From Candidatus Bathyarchaeia archaeon (GTDB taxonomy: Archaea; Thermoproteota; Bathyarchaeia; Bathyarchaeales; Bathycorpusculaceae): a DNA stretch of 64,000 nucleotides. The DNA lies in contig JAVZLK010000001.1 in NCBI GenBank assembly GCA_038883795.1, forward strand, positions 216,131 to 280,130, given 5' to 3'. The notes under the pieces are model-generated. The model made no database searches. It saw only the letters and a program-made list of their open reading frames with translations, and was not told where the DNA came from. Shown here in pieces: positions 20,543-30,396 of this stretch. The first letter of the stretch is position 1. The number at the start of each line of letters is the position of its first letter. The position numbers and the translations under genes are program-made.

Positions 20543-21772
20543 TTGGAGAAGTTGATGTCTCTCGCTTTTGTACAAAAAATTTTTCGGGAATATTACACTA
20601 AAGACTTTCGGTTTAATGAAAATTTACAGATGATCCGTAATCGGGAATTTGGCTTTATTTCATTTGAGGGATTAATGCTACGTCATGAAAGTTTTAAGAA
20701 TGCTGAAGAATTGGAAAATTTTCTACGTACTTTTGTTCCCAGAGATTCTTATTTTTCATGTGCATATTACGAAGATCCTAAGGCTGAGATGGAAAAGAAA
20801 GGGTGGTTGGGAGCTGACTTAGTTTTTGATATTGATGCTGATCACATTACTACCTCTTGCAATAAAGTTCATGATGAATGGGTTTGTAGCAATTGTAAGT
20901 TTGCGGGAAAGGGAATTGAGCCTGAAAAATGTCCAGTTTGTGGTGGTGAAAAATTTGAAGTATACACTTGGCCTTGTGAAAATTGTTTAGCTTCCGCAAA
21001 AGCGGAAACTCTGAAACTTTTGGATATGCTGATGCAGGATTTCGGTTTTTCTGAAAAAGAGTTGCACGTATTTTTTTCGGGGCATCGCGGCTATCACGTT
21101 CATGTAGAAAGTGAAGCGGTAAAAAGTTTAGATGCGATTTCACGTAAAGAGATAGTTGATTATGTTTGTGGTTTAGGGTTCGATGCAAAGTTTCAAGGCT
21201 TACGTGGAGAAGGTGTGCATATTTTTGAAAGTCTAAACTTAAGTAGTTCTGGGTGGTGTGGGAGAGTTGCCCGTGGCATTTACGATTTTATACTCACTGC
21301 TAACCCGGAGGATTACAAGAGTTTAGGGGTGAAAGGAAACGTTGCCAAAGCCATAATAAAGAACAAAGACAACATTTTAAAAAAGCTAAGCGCTCCAGCT
21401 TACCCAAGTGCCATAAAGGGAGTAGGTCTCGAGACATTGAAAAAAATTGCCGAATTTTGTGCAAAATCCAAGGCAGCTCAGGTTGATACCGTTGTAACAA
21501 CTGATATTCACCGTTTAATTAGAATGCCCAACACTTTGCACGGTAAAACAGGCTTAAAAAAAGTGGAGTTTCCCATCTCTAAAATTGAAGATTTTGACCC
21601 TTTTGACAGCGCCGTAGCCTTTAAAAAAGGAACAACAACCGTTCTGGTTTCTGACTCGCCAAAGTTTAAGCTTGGCGGTGAGTTTTTTGGTCCATATAAG
21701 AATCAGAAAGTTGAATTGCCTATGGCTGCAGCTGTGTTACTTGTATGTAAGGGTAGGGCGGAGGTTGTCTAA
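20543..21772 (+). CDS. priS: DNA primase small (catalytic) subunit
   Basis: REFGF, LVFDIDAD, FSGHRGYH, D.VVT.D..RLIR.P.TLH; extra CSNC/CPVC zinc ribbon. Confidence 0.95.
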   Translation: MEKLMSLAFVQKIFREYYTKDFRFNENLQMIRNREFGFISFEGLMLRHESFKNAEELENFLRTFVPRDSYFSCAYYEDPKAEMEKKGWLGADLVFDIDADHITTSCNKVHDEWVCSNCKFAGKGIEPEKCPVCGGEKFEVYTWPCENCLASAKAETLKLLDMLMQDFGFSEKELHVFFSGHRGYHVHVESEAVKSLDAISRKEIVDYVCGLGFDAKFQGLRGEGVHIFESLNLSSSGWCGRVARGIYDFILTANPEDYKSLGVKGNVAKAIIKNKDNILKKLSAPAYPSAIKGVGLETLKKIAEFCAKSKAAQVDTVVTTDIHRLIRMPNTLHGKTGLKKVEFPISKIEDFDPFDSAVAFKKGTTTVLVSDSPKFKLGGEFFGPYKNQKVELPMAAAVLLVCKGRAEVV

Positions 21773-21775
21773 CTA

Positions 21776-22327
21776 ATGTATAATGAGTTGTATGAAGTTT
21801 GGCGACAGGAACTTGAGAATGTTGAACTTGTAAGGCTTCCAGACGACTTTTACTCGAAAGTTGCTGATTATCTAAAAAGAATTAGAGAAGAAAGCCGAAT
21901 GCTTGACAAAAGAACGGTGAAGGCAAATCTTCTCAAGAAAGAACGGCAGAATGTTAAACGCATGCTCCTTGAATTGTTTCAAGCACGTTATAAAAAGCTT
22001 ATCGGAAAAATGGCTAAGGGTGAAAAAATATCGGTTGATGCTTTAACAATTGAAGAAAAGAAAATTTTTACTGGCGTTTCACGTATTGCAGAAGCATACC
22101 GAAGTTTTGCTAAAGACATTATTCAGGGGCATTCTTTAAAAATCAGTGTCGAAAAGGAACTCAAAATTATTGTTTTACGTTTTCTAAAGGATGTGCCAGC
22201 ACTTATCGGCTCAGACATGAAAACTTATGGTCCATTCAAAACCGAAGACGTGGCATCTTTACCCGCTGAAAATGCCAAAATTTTAGTTAGGCAAGGTTTA
22301 GCTGAAAAAGTTGAAGTATCTTTTTGA
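21776..22327 (+). CDS. GINS15 (Gins51) subunit
   Basis: Helical A domain plus C-terminal B domain (G.DMKTYGPF..EDVASLP.ENA..L...G.A); follows priS. Confidence 0.88.
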   Translation: MYNELYEVWRQELENVELVRLPDDFYSKVADYLKRIREESRMLDKRTVKANLLKKERQNVKRMLLELFQARYKKLIGKMAKGEKISVDALTIEEKKIFTGVSRIAEAYRSFAKDIIQGHSLKISVEKELKIIVLRFLKDVPALIGSDMKTYGPFKTEDVASLPAENAKILVRQGLAEKVEVSF

Positions 22328-22352
22328 TTTTAAGTGCCTAGATCGCCATGTT

Positions 22353-23399
22353 TCAGAGTTTTTTCGATGGAATCTTTCTACTTTTTATCTTTCTCCAGAG
22401 AGCTTGAGTTCCAATTATTATTAACGGGTATGCCGTAATCCAAGTTATGGAATATAACGGGCCGTAGTAATTGTGAAATTGCTGAACTTGAGGAGAAGTT
22501 GCACCGTAATCTATTGCTATTATAAAAATTGTGGCTATTCTTAGAATGTTAATGAAGTATGTGATTGCAGCGCCTATTAGGAAGTAGGCCGTTCTTTGCT
22601 TCCACGAGATAACACTGTCCTTCAAGAACAAAAGAATTGTAACGGAATATATTATGAGACTATCAATACCTGAGCATGGCCAAGCTATTCCAAAAGATGG
22701 TCCTATTGTTTGGTTTGGTTTTCGAACTGTTAAGATAGGCGTTCCGAAGAGCTGTCCCGTCCACTCGGTTTGATATCCCATTAGGGTCAAAACATTTGCT
22801 GCAAGCGTAGCTGTTGTTGGAACAAGCAATTGGAAAGGTGTGAATGTTCCGTAAGGATATATATTGTCAACGGTGTATATTATCCCAATAATTCCCAAAA
22901 AAATTACTGAAATAGAATGGTTCATTAAACCTTCATATCCATATGCTAGCAAAACTATTGAGATGAATAGTGCTGTGAAAACCAAATATTCTGTGGATAG
23001 CGGCATTTCATAAGCCCAAAAAACGTTATTCTTTTCTGCGAAATCGCCAATCATAGCGTTTAATCCATAATAATTGGCGGCGACGACGTATAATGTGGGG
23101 AGTAATAAAAAGATAATAAATGCTATAGTTCTTGTAGATTTCAGTTTGCCCAATTTATTTGTTTGGATTTTTTCCCAACTTAGTATGAGTTCTAAAGAAA
23201 CTAGCCATATGAAGAACAGATAGTATGTTCTGCCTTTCCATGTCGCTTCGTAAGATTCTGGATAAAGTGAATATAATATGAGAAATGGTATGATGAATGA
23301 AAGGACTGTTAAGATTTTTATTAAAGTGGTGGGATTTTTCTTAAGCGTTTGGGCAGCATTTAGGATTTTGTCTTTTAATGTTTGTATTATGTTTGGCAT
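22353..23399 (-). CDS. Exosortase/archaeosortase family protein (thaumarchaeosortase-like)
   Basis: Multi-TM protein with the Cys-Arg-His triad context WPCSGIDS, NILRI, FHNYYG. Confidence 0.85.
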   Translation of the reverse strand: MPNIIQTLKDKILNAAQTLKKNPTTLIKILTVLSFIIPFLILYSLYPESYEATWKGRTYYLFFIWLVSLELILSWEKIQTNKLGKLKSTRTIAFIIFLLLPTLYVVAANYYGLNAMIGDFAEKNNVFWAYEMPLSTEYLVFTALFISIVLLAYGYEGLMNHSISVIFLGIIGIIYTVDNIYPYGTFTPFQLLVPTTATLAANVLTLMGYQTEWTGQLFGTPILTVRKPNQTIGPSFGIAWPCSGIDSLIIYSVTILLFLKDSVISWKQRTAYFLIGAAITYFINILRIATIFIIAIDYGATSPQVQQFHNYYGPLYSITWITAYPLIIIGTQALWRKIKSRKIPSKKL

Positions 23400-23536
23400 T
23401 TCATCCTTTCCATTTTCAGTTTGCAATTATAATTATTAGCAAGGATTTAAGCTGTGCCCATTCCTTAAATGTTTTGGAATGGTGAAAAAGTATAAGTGCG
23501 GGTATGTTGTTTGTATGCAGAGCTGGTGTGTCTGGA

Positions 23537-23812
23537 TTGAATGTGCCGAAGGAGATTAGAACTTACTGTCCTAAATGTAAAGCTCATCAGCTTCATACGG
23601 TTACTCTTTACAAGGCTGGGAAGCGTAGGGCTTTGGCTAAGGGCGAGCGTCATCATGAACGGGAGAAGAAGGGTTATGGCGGACAGAAGTACCCTCTTCA
23701 AAGAGAATTTTCAAAAACCACTAAGAAGCAAACTTTGAAGTTGAAGTGTAAGGTTTGTGGTTATACGCGGCATAAAGAGGGTATACGTTTAAGAAAGTTG
23801 ACTATTGAATAG
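23537..23812 (+). CDS. rpl44e: 50S ribosomal protein eL42 (L44e)
   Basis: PKEIRTYCPKC..H, GYGGQKYP, KTTKK..L.L.C..C; TTG start. Confidence 0.96.
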   Translation: MNVPKEIRTYCPKCKAHQLHTVTLYKAGKRRALAKGERHHEREKKGYGGQKYPLQREFSKTTKKQTLKLKCKVCGYTRHKEGIRLRKLTIE

Positions 23813-23828
23813 GAATGGGTGAATATCA

Positions 23829-24026
23829 ATGGCTGAATGGGAGAAACTTATTCCAAAGCCGAGAAGCAGTTTTCTTAGAGTAAAATGTCAAAAATGCGGC
23901 AACGAACAATTAGTTTATAGTCATGCTGTGAACCGAGTTAATTGTAACGTATGCGGAACAGAACTTGTTGAACCTTCCGGTGGCAAAGCAAAAATTAAAG
24001 GCGAAATTGTGGCTGTTTTCGAGTAG
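23829..24026 (+). CDS. rps27e: 30S ribosomal protein eS27
   Basis: [14 protein letters not shown]...C..C...L.EPSGGK. Confidence 0.96.
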   Translation: MAEWEKLIPKPRSSFLRVKCQKCGNEQLVYSHAVNRVNCNVCGTELVEPSGGKAKIKGEIVAVFE

Positions 24027-24035
24027 GGGTTTGAG

Positions 24036-24824
24036 ATGGCGTTTAAAAAACCGGAGTGGCCTGAAGTCGGCGATTTAGTTATAGCTACTGTACAGTCTGT
24101 TGCCGATTATGGCGCATATGTAAATTTGGATGAATATAATAAGAAGGGTTTGCTTCATGTTTCTGAAGTGGCTTCTTCTTGGATTCGAAACATCCGAGAT
24201 TTTGTTCGTGAAGGGCAAAAAGTGGTTTTAAAAGTTTTGAGGGTGGACCCCGAAAAGGGACACATTGATTTATCTCTTAGGAGGGTTACAAAGCGAGAGA
24301 AAATTGAGAAAATTATGTCTTGGAAAAGGGAGAGAAAAGCTGAAACCTTACTGCGTAATGTTGCTGAAAAAGCTGGCATATCCTTAGAAGAAGCTTATGA
24401 AAAAGCTGGGGCACTCATGGAAAAGGAGTATGGTTTGTATGAGGGTTTTGAGAAAGTTGTCAAAGAAGGCGTCGGAGTTTTAACAAAGATAGGTGTTCCT
24501 GAGGACTTGGCAACGGTTATTGCCGAGATTGCGAAGGAAAGAATGCGTGTGCCCATGGTTAAGGTGAAGGGCTTGGTGGAGCTGCGTTGTATAAAACCCA
24601 ACGGTGTCAACATTATCAAGGAAGCCTTTTTAAATGCTAAAAAAGCCGAAAGGTCACGGGATGCCAAGGTCCGTTTTTATGTAGTCGCAGCGCCGAAATA
24701 TTGTGTTGAAGTTATGGCTGAAAATTATAAGCGTGCAGAGGCAGTTTTGCAGAAAATTGCTGAAAGTGTTGTGGCAAACGTTGTTAAGGAAGGCGGACAA
24801 GGCAGCTTTAGAAGGGAAAAGTGA
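24036..24824 (+). CDS. Translation initiation factor aIF2 alpha
   Basis: PEVGDLV S1 domain, GLLHVSEVASSWIRNI, GHIDLSLRRV, APKY. Confidence 0.96.
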   Translation: MAFKKPEWPEVGDLVIATVQSVADYGAYVNLDEYNKKGLLHVSEVASSWIRNIRDFVREGQKVVLKVLRVDPEKGHIDLSLRRVTKREKIEKIMSWKRERKAETLLRNVAEKAGISLEEAYEKAGALMEKEYGLYEGFEKVVKEGVGVLTKIGVPEDLATVIAEIAKERMRVPMVKVKGLVELRCIKPNGVNIIKEAFLNAKKAERSRDAKVRFYVVAAPKYCVEVMAENYKRAEAVLQKIAESVVANVVKEGGQGSFRREK

Positions 24825-25009
24825 TGGTTTGGCTTTTGAGGAAATGTGAAAAATGTGGAAGATACACGTTAAAAAAAGATTCGTGTCCCTATTGTGGTGG
24901 AAAGGTTCAGGTACCTCATCCACCGAAGTTTTCACCTGATGATAAATATCTTGTTTATAGGACGGCTTTAAAAAGGAGGGAAAAAGCTGTTGAAGGAGAC
25001 GTTCATTAA
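24821..25009 (+). CDS. nop10: H/ACA RNP protein Nop10
   Basis: KC..CGRYTL...CPYCGG..PHPPKFSPDDKY..YR. Confidence 0.95.
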   Translation: MMVWLLRKCEKCGRYTLKKDSCPYCGGKVQVPHPPKFSPDDKYLVYRTALKRREKAVEGDVH

Positions 25010-25763
25010 GGAACTTGTAAAAGTTGATTTAAACAACCCGGTATTAATCGAGGGGCTTCCAGGCTTGGGGCTTGTTGGCAAAATTGCCACACGTTATTTA
25101 GTTAAAGGGTTGAAGGCTGAAAGGTTCGCTTATCTTTATTCTCCCCATTTTCCATATTTTGTGCTTGTCAGTAAGAAGGGAAGCGTTAGGCTTTTGCGTG
25201 GAACCTTTTACTATTGGAAAAACACAAACGGAAAAAGCGACATTATTTTCTTCACTGGTGATAGCCAAGCGCAAACGATTGAAGGGCAGTATGAAATTTC
25301 TAATAGCATATTGGATTTTGCCATGAAATACAACGTAAAATTGATTGTTACTATTGGGGGTTACCGAATGGAGGCTAAGGAAAAGCCAAAAGTTGTGACT
25401 GCAGCCACAAACATGGGGCTTCTAAATGCTGCCCTAAAAGCTGGTGCTGTTGTTAGTCCTATTGGAAGCCCTATTGTTGGGACTGCTGGCTTAATCTTGG
25501 GTTTAGCCCGTTTCAAAAAAATTGATGCTCTTTGCCTTTTAGGTGAGACCCGTGGATATCTGCCAGATCCGAAGGCAGCTAAGAGTGTTTTGGAAGTGTT
25601 AAAAGTGCTATTAGGCATCGATGTGGATTTAGCGGGTTTGGATGAGGAGATCGCAAAGGCGGAAAGTATGGTTACGCGGTTGCAGAAAATTGAGGAAAAA
25701 CGTGTTTTGCAAGCTGAAGAATTAAGGAAGGAGGAAGATAAGAAAATCACTTATATTTCCTAA
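24990..25763 (+). CDS. PAC2 family proteasome assembly chaperone-like protein
   Basis: IEGLPGLGLVGKIA, GDSQ, TIGGY, LLGETRGYLPDPKAA; usual neighbour of nop10. Confidence 0.9.
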   Translation: MKETFIKELVKVDLNNPVLIEGLPGLGLVGKIATRYLVKGLKAERFAYLYSPHFPYFVLVSKKGSVRLLRGTFYYWKNTNGKSDIIFFTGDSQAQTIEGQYEISNSILDFAMKYNVKLIVTIGGYRMEAKEKPKVVTAATNMGLLNAALKAGAVVSPIGSPIVGTAGLILGLARFKKIDALCLLGETRGYLPDPKAAKSVLEVLKVLLGIDVDLAGLDEEIAKAESMVTRLQKIEEKRVLQAEELRKEEDKKITYIS

Positions 25764-25767
25764 GGCA

Positions 25768-26859
25768 TTAAAGGGCTAACTCATTTCGGATTATTTCAAC
25801 AATTTTTTCTGCTGCTTTTCCATCTCCATAAGGCGATTTTTCTGGCAATTCTTTTCTATTATCCAAAACTTTATTGATAGCTTTTATTATCCCATGCTTT
25901 TCCACACCAGCAACTTCCGCAAAACCAGCTTCCACTGCTTCCGGTCTTTCTGTGGATAGGCGAGTAATCAAAACTGGTTTTCTAATGCATGGGGCTGTTG
26001 CTTCTTCTTGTATTCCGCCCGAATCCGTTACTATGATTTCGCATTTTTTCATTAAGACTAGGAAGTCTAAATAGCCCAGCGGTGGCAAAAGTTGTACATT
26101 TCTTGAGTTTTTGATTTTGGCATAGATTTTGTTTTGTCTTGTTCTCTTTTTTGTTCTGGGGTGTATTGGATAAACGACTGGTAATGGGGCTTCGGCGAAG
26201 GCTTCCATGAAATTTTTAAGAACTGCAAAGTTGTCTACGTTTTCTGCTCTGTGGGCTGTGGCTAAAATGAATTTTTCAAAGCGAACAATATCCAAAATTT
26301 TTGATTTCTTTTCCGCTATTGGCAAATTTTGGATTACGGCGTCTATCACCGTGTTTCCCGTTACATAGATTTTCCCCCAAACGCTTTCTCTTTTCAAGTT
26401 GTTTTCTGCTGTTTTTGTTGGTGCAAATAAATAGGTGGATATGTGGTCTGTTAGGCGTCGGTTGTGTTCTTCTGGCATTCGCAAATCGAAACTTCTTAGT
26501 CCAGCCTCAACATGCCCCACGGGTATTCCAAGTTTAACAGTCGCCAAAGCGGTTGCTAAAACTCCATTTGTGTCTCCTTCCACCAAGACAAGGGATGGCG
26601 AATTTTTCTTTAACAATTTCTCAATGTGTGTTATTATGACGGCTGTTTGAAGTCCTTGGGAATATGCTCTAACCTTATATTCATAGTCTGGTTTTGGGAG
26701 TTCAAGTTCTTCGATGAATTGTTGGGACATGTTATAACTGTAGTGTTGACCGCAATGGACAAACGTTAGCGGAATGCCGCTTTTTTGTAAGACTCTAATT
26801 ATGGGTGCCATCTTTATGATTTCTGGGCGGGTGCCGACAACGACGGTCACTGTTTTCAT
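25768..26859 (-). CDS. wecB: UDP-N-acetylglucosamine 2-epimerase (non-hydrolysing)
   Basis: GTRPEIIKM, GQH, HVEAGLRS, PEE.NR, HRAEN, TDSGGIQEEA, TERPE, PYGDG. Confidence 0.95.
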   Translation of the reverse strand: MKTVTVVVGTRPEIIKMAPIIRVLQKSGIPLTFVHCGQHYSYNMSQQFIEELELPKPDYEYKVRAYSQGLQTAVIITHIEKLLKKNSPSLVLVEGDTNGVLATALATVKLGIPVGHVEAGLRSFDLRMPEEHNRRLTDHISTYLFAPTKTAENNLKRESVWGKIYVTGNTVIDAVIQNLPIAEKKSKILDIVRFEKFILATAHRAENVDNFAVLKNFMEAFAEAPLPVVYPIHPRTKKRTRQNKIYAKIKNSRNVQLLPPLGYLDFLVLMKKCEIIVTDSGGIQEEATAPCIRKPVLITRLSTERPEAVEAGFAEVAGVEKHGIIKAINKVLDNRKELPEKSPYGDGKAAEKIVEIIRNELAL

Positions 26860-27082
26860 TTGTTTTCACGATTGCCATTTTAATATGGTACAAGTTTTAA
26901 CGTTTATTCAAAAATCAAAACTGACCATTAAAACTTAATTCCAATATTTTCAGAAAGTTCAAAGTTTTAATCAACCCTTTAAATAATAATCTTTAGATTG
27001 CGTTAGTTTCTGTGACATACAAAGCGTCTTACTTTTCCTCTTCAATTATTGTTGTAACAAAATCTATTTGGTGATAAAGTAT

Positions 27083-27643
27083 ATGCACCTATTAAAGAAT
27101 GAAAAGGGATTAAGCGTAGTAGTTACGACATTGATAATTCTTGTGGTCTCGGTTCTGCTGGCAACCATTGTAACTTTTTACGCCATAAACGTAGTAACAA
27201 CAAGGGTGCAGGAAGAATCATTACACCTTAGTAAACAGCACGTTTGGTATAATACCACTGGTTCATGGGCTCAAGCAGCTATAGTAATCGTAAACACGGG
27301 CGGAAGAGACGTAGTTATCGACAAAATCTCAGTTCGAGGGCAAGAATGTCCATGGAATAATGTTTATTATTGGAGAACAAACAACGTGACAGTTTCAAAT
27401 GACTTGGAGGTAACTTCAACTAATATTACCGGTTTGACTTTTGACATTATGGTGCAGGGTGAAATGCGCACTTTTCGGCAAGCTGATGACGATTTGACTT
27501 TGAGGTCCGGCTGGACTATAGTTATTTACATTATGAGCCCTGATAGCATATCGGCTAATGATGTTGGCCAGACTGTGGGCATAACAGTGTTCACTTCAAA
27601 TGCACAGTATTACAAAGAAGCTAATATTGAAGCAGCGGAATAG
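27083..27643 (+). CDS. Archaeal type IV pilin / archaellin-like protein
   Basis: Class III signal peptide KNEKG|LSVVVTTLIILVVSVLLA followed by a beta-rich domain (VNTGGRDVVIDKI.VRG). Confidence 0.75.
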   Translation: MHLLKNEKGLSVVVTTLIILVVSVLLATIVTFYAINVVTTRVQEESLHLSKQHVWYNTTGSWAQAAIVIVNTGGRDVVIDKISVRGQECPWNNVYYWRTNNVTVSNDLEVTSTNITGLTFDIMVQGEMRTFRQADDDLTLRSGWTIVIYIMSPDSISANDVGQTVGITVFTSNAQYYKEANIEAAE

Positions 27644-27673
27644 GCAACATTTTTTTCTGTTCACTTTGCAGCG

Positions 27674-29710
27674 TTAAGTCTTTTTTAGGTAGCCTTCTCT
27701 TGGTTCGTATATAGTTCCTTCTCTTAATAGTTGTCCTAAAAGGCGTTCTGCTTCATTTCTTGAAATTTTGTATTTAGTCTCCAACTCACCCAGAAGCGCT
27801 GCTTTTTCTACTATTCCCGTTTCTTTTTCCATTTCAAGCATTGTTGATAGGATTATTTGAAGTTTGTCTCTTACGCTTTTTGGTTTTCCAGTCATTATGA
27901 GGTCTATGTCATACTTGTAGGAGGACAGGTCTATACCAACTTCTTCGAGGGACCGTTTCATAATGTTGATGGCTGCTTCTGCATCTTCGGCTAAAACTTC
28001 TTTTCTTAAGGCTGCTCTGGCTCTTGCTTCAGCTATGCGCACAAGGGACTCTAGTTGCCGTGCTGTTATCGCTACTGGAGAGCCTTCTGTTTCGCTTGCT
28101 GAGCGCATGGCTAAGTAGAAGTCGTTTAGGCGTTTTAGGGCTTCTTGAGTCAAAACGGGCTTAATCCCTTTAGCATAGCTTATGTATTTTCGTAATAATT
28201 CCAAGGGTATTGGCGGTTCTACGGGAGTTAAACCCTTTCGATGAATTTCAAGGATGTGTTCCGACATTTTGCTGTCTACCTCTTTGTTTGGCACATCCCT
28301 CAAAATGAAGATTAGGTCAAACCTTGAAAGAATAGTGACTGGCAAGGAAATGTTTTCAGCAATGGTGCGGTGGGGTTCGTATCTTCCCAAGGCTGGGTTG
28401 GCTGCTGCGAGGATGGCTGTCCTTGCGTTTAGGGTTGCGACAATTCCTCCTTTTGCAACAGAAACCGTATGCTGTTCCATGGCTTCATGGATGGCAACCC
28501 TGTCTTCTGGGCGCATTTTATCAATCTCGTCAATGCATGCTATTCCTTTATCAGCTAATACTAGGGCGCCAGCCTCCAGGCTCATTCCGCCGCCTCTTTC
28601 GCGGATGACTGCTGCTGTTAAGCCGGCGGCGGTTGTGCCGCGTCCAGAGGTGTAAAGTCCGCGGGGTGCTATTCTGGCCACGTATTGCAATAGCTGAGAT
28701 TTTGCTGTTCCCGGGTCTCCTACCAAAAGAGTATTTAGCTCTCCCCTAATTGTTATGTCTGGGAGGGTTTTGGGTACACCTCCGAAGAGGAGGTACATTA
28801 TGGCTTCTTTTATGTGGTCGTATCCATATATTGATGGTGCTATTGAGTTGATTATTTTGCGGTGTATCCATGGGTCTTTTGCCAATTCAAGAATTTTTTC
28901 TTCGTCTTCTGGTGATGGGAGAGCGATTTCCGGCTCTTTTCCCAAAACTTCAATCGAGTTGGCATCTAAATGTAAAATGAAGGTGCGGAGTTTTCCAACC
29001 CGTGGAAGTGTTGGCGAAACAGCGCGGACTATTCCAACTATTGAGACGTGGTCGCCTGGTCTTGCCACATCAACTATTTCTCCTCCAACAAGCTTAACAT
29101 GCAATGTTCTGGGTAACTGTCCCGGCGGCAAATCTTCTGGTCTTTCTTGTAGGCGCAAGTCTTGGGAGTCTATGAAGGTGGATTCTTCTTGGATGAAATC
29201 GAAGGGTCCTTTTGCTCTGCAAGATGGGTTGGCGCAGGCGAAGGGTGCTTTGAGAAATTGTCCTGTTTGGTTCACTGGGGTTATTTCGCCGCATCGTTTG
29301 CATTTAAATGCTGCTTGCATGACCATGGGGCGAACGGGTGTTGAGCGGACAACTATGCCCTCCACCATTACAAGTTTTCCAATATGGATTGAGCCAAGTT
29401 TTCGTAATGGTGTTGCTTCCCAAAGCCTAACAATTCTCACGTTTACTGTGTCTATTTTTTCTGCATATTCTGGGTCTTCGCTTTGAAGTTGTGCATAAGC
29501 AGCATTGTTGGCGTGGTTTAGGAATTCGTCTGGTTTTTCTAAGAGTCCTTCAGCAAGCTTTTGTTCGAAAGCCCAAATATCCTCAAAATCAACAATTAAA
29601 GAAGTTTTCCCGGCGACTGCCATTTGCGAAATTCTTTGGCGATATTTTTCCGCTTTAAAAAAATCTTGAAAGAGCGCTTGAGGGTCTAAAGTTTCCAGTT
29701 TCTCCGTCAT
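27674..29710 (-). CDS. mcm: MCM replicative helicase
   Basis: C4 zinc motif, GDPGTAKS, IDEIDKM, SRFD, TARQLES, C-terminal WH domain; no intein. Confidence 0.97.
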   Translation of the reverse strand: MTEKLETLDPQALFQDFFKAEKYRQRISQMAVAGKTSLIVDFEDIWAFEQKLAEGLLEKPDEFLNHANNAAYAQLQSEDPEYAEKIDTVNVRIVRLWEATPLRKLGSIHIGKLVMVEGIVVRSTPVRPMVMQAAFKCKRCGEITPVNQTGQFLKAPFACANPSCRAKGPFDFIQEESTFIDSQDLRLQERPEDLPPGQLPRTLHVKLVGGEIVDVARPGDHVSIVGIVRAVSPTLPRVGKLRTFILHLDANSIEVLGKEPEIALPSPEDEEKILELAKDPWIHRKIINSIAPSIYGYDHIKEAIMYLLFGGVPKTLPDITIRGELNTLLVGDPGTAKSQLLQYVARIAPRGLYTSGRGTTAAGLTAAVIRERGGGMSLEAGALVLADKGIACIDEIDKMRPEDRVAIHEAMEQHTVSVAKGGIVATLNARTAILAAANPALGRYEPHRTIAENISLPVTILSRFDLIFILRDVPNKEVDSKMSEHILEIHRKGLTPVEPPIPLELLRKYISYAKGIKPVLTQEALKRLNDFYLAMRSASETEGSPVAITARQLESLVRIAEARARAALRKEVLAEDAEAAINIMKRSLEEVGIDLSSYKYDIDLIMTGKPKSVRDKLQIILSTMLEMEKETGIVEKAALLGELETKYKISRNEAERLLGQLLREGTIYEPREGYLKKT

Positions 29711-30276
29711 TCTCTCACTTTCTCATAATTCATTATTTGTTTTCTCCATTTTTGAATAAGACTGTAAAGTTGGTCATAGAGAATTCTCTCTTCAACGGTC
29801 AAGTTTTTTAATGTTTGTTCAACTTGAGCTGGAGCCGAGGCAAGGGAAACTATTTTCTTCAACCTTGCATTTAACACGTCCTGGGTTAAATGTTTAATTT
29901 TTTCGTATTCCCGTATCTTTTCCGGATTTTTCGAGGCTTCCTCCTTAAGTTCGGTGAGGTATCTGCGAAGTTTTGGGTAAAAGTTTTCTGGCAGTTTTGG
30001 TATTTGTCCGGCCGTTTGCACTCTTTCAGTCCACTGAATTTTGTAAAGTTTTGTGGCGTCTAAACGCTCATCTTCTCTAAACCGCGCTATCCCAGCTTTA
30101 ACCAGCTCTTGAGCTATCCAAAATTGAACCTCATATTCATTTCCTTCCTCAAAGGGACCAACATTTAATCCTGCAAGCTTGATTTCGGGGCAGTTTCTGT
30201 TGGCAATAATTTTTGCTAGTGTATGTTCAAAGATGAAATCTAAATTTTTAATGTGTGTTGGTGTTGTTTTTGGCAT
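29707..30276 (-). CDS. GINS23 subunit
   Basis: N-terminal B domain (GPF..G...EV.FWIA.EL), LP.NFY, RLKKI, LT.EE; overlaps the mcm start. Confidence 0.85.
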   Translation of the reverse strand: MPKTTPTHIKNLDFIFEHTLAKIIANRNCPEIKLAGLNVGPFEEGNEYEVQFWIAQELVKAGIARFREDERLDATKLYKIQWTERVQTAGQIPKLPENFYPKLRRYLTELKEEASKNPEKIREYEKIKHLTQDVLNARLKKIVSLASAPAQVEQTLKNLTVEERILYDQLYSLIQKWRKQIMNYEKVRE

Positions 30277-30396
30277 CCTTTCGTCCCCCTCTTGAGACTT
30301 TAAACTTTTCTAACCTAAAGTGGATATAAGGGCGATAGTTTAAAAACTTAGATTAAAAAGTTTAAGAAAATTCCAAAAGTTGATGCCAAAATTTTG

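Noticed and set aside
28254-29486. Long antisense ORFs over mcm, and similar ones over ppsA, gltB-like, PAC2, glyA, guaA and the FG-GAP gene
   Set aside because: These are shadow frames of well-conserved genes with no recognisable motifs
27674-29710. Possible intein in MCM (also checked RFC-S), or a replication origin nearby
   Set aside because: Protein lengths are normal with contiguous motifs; no cdc6/orc gene or ORB-like repeats noticed
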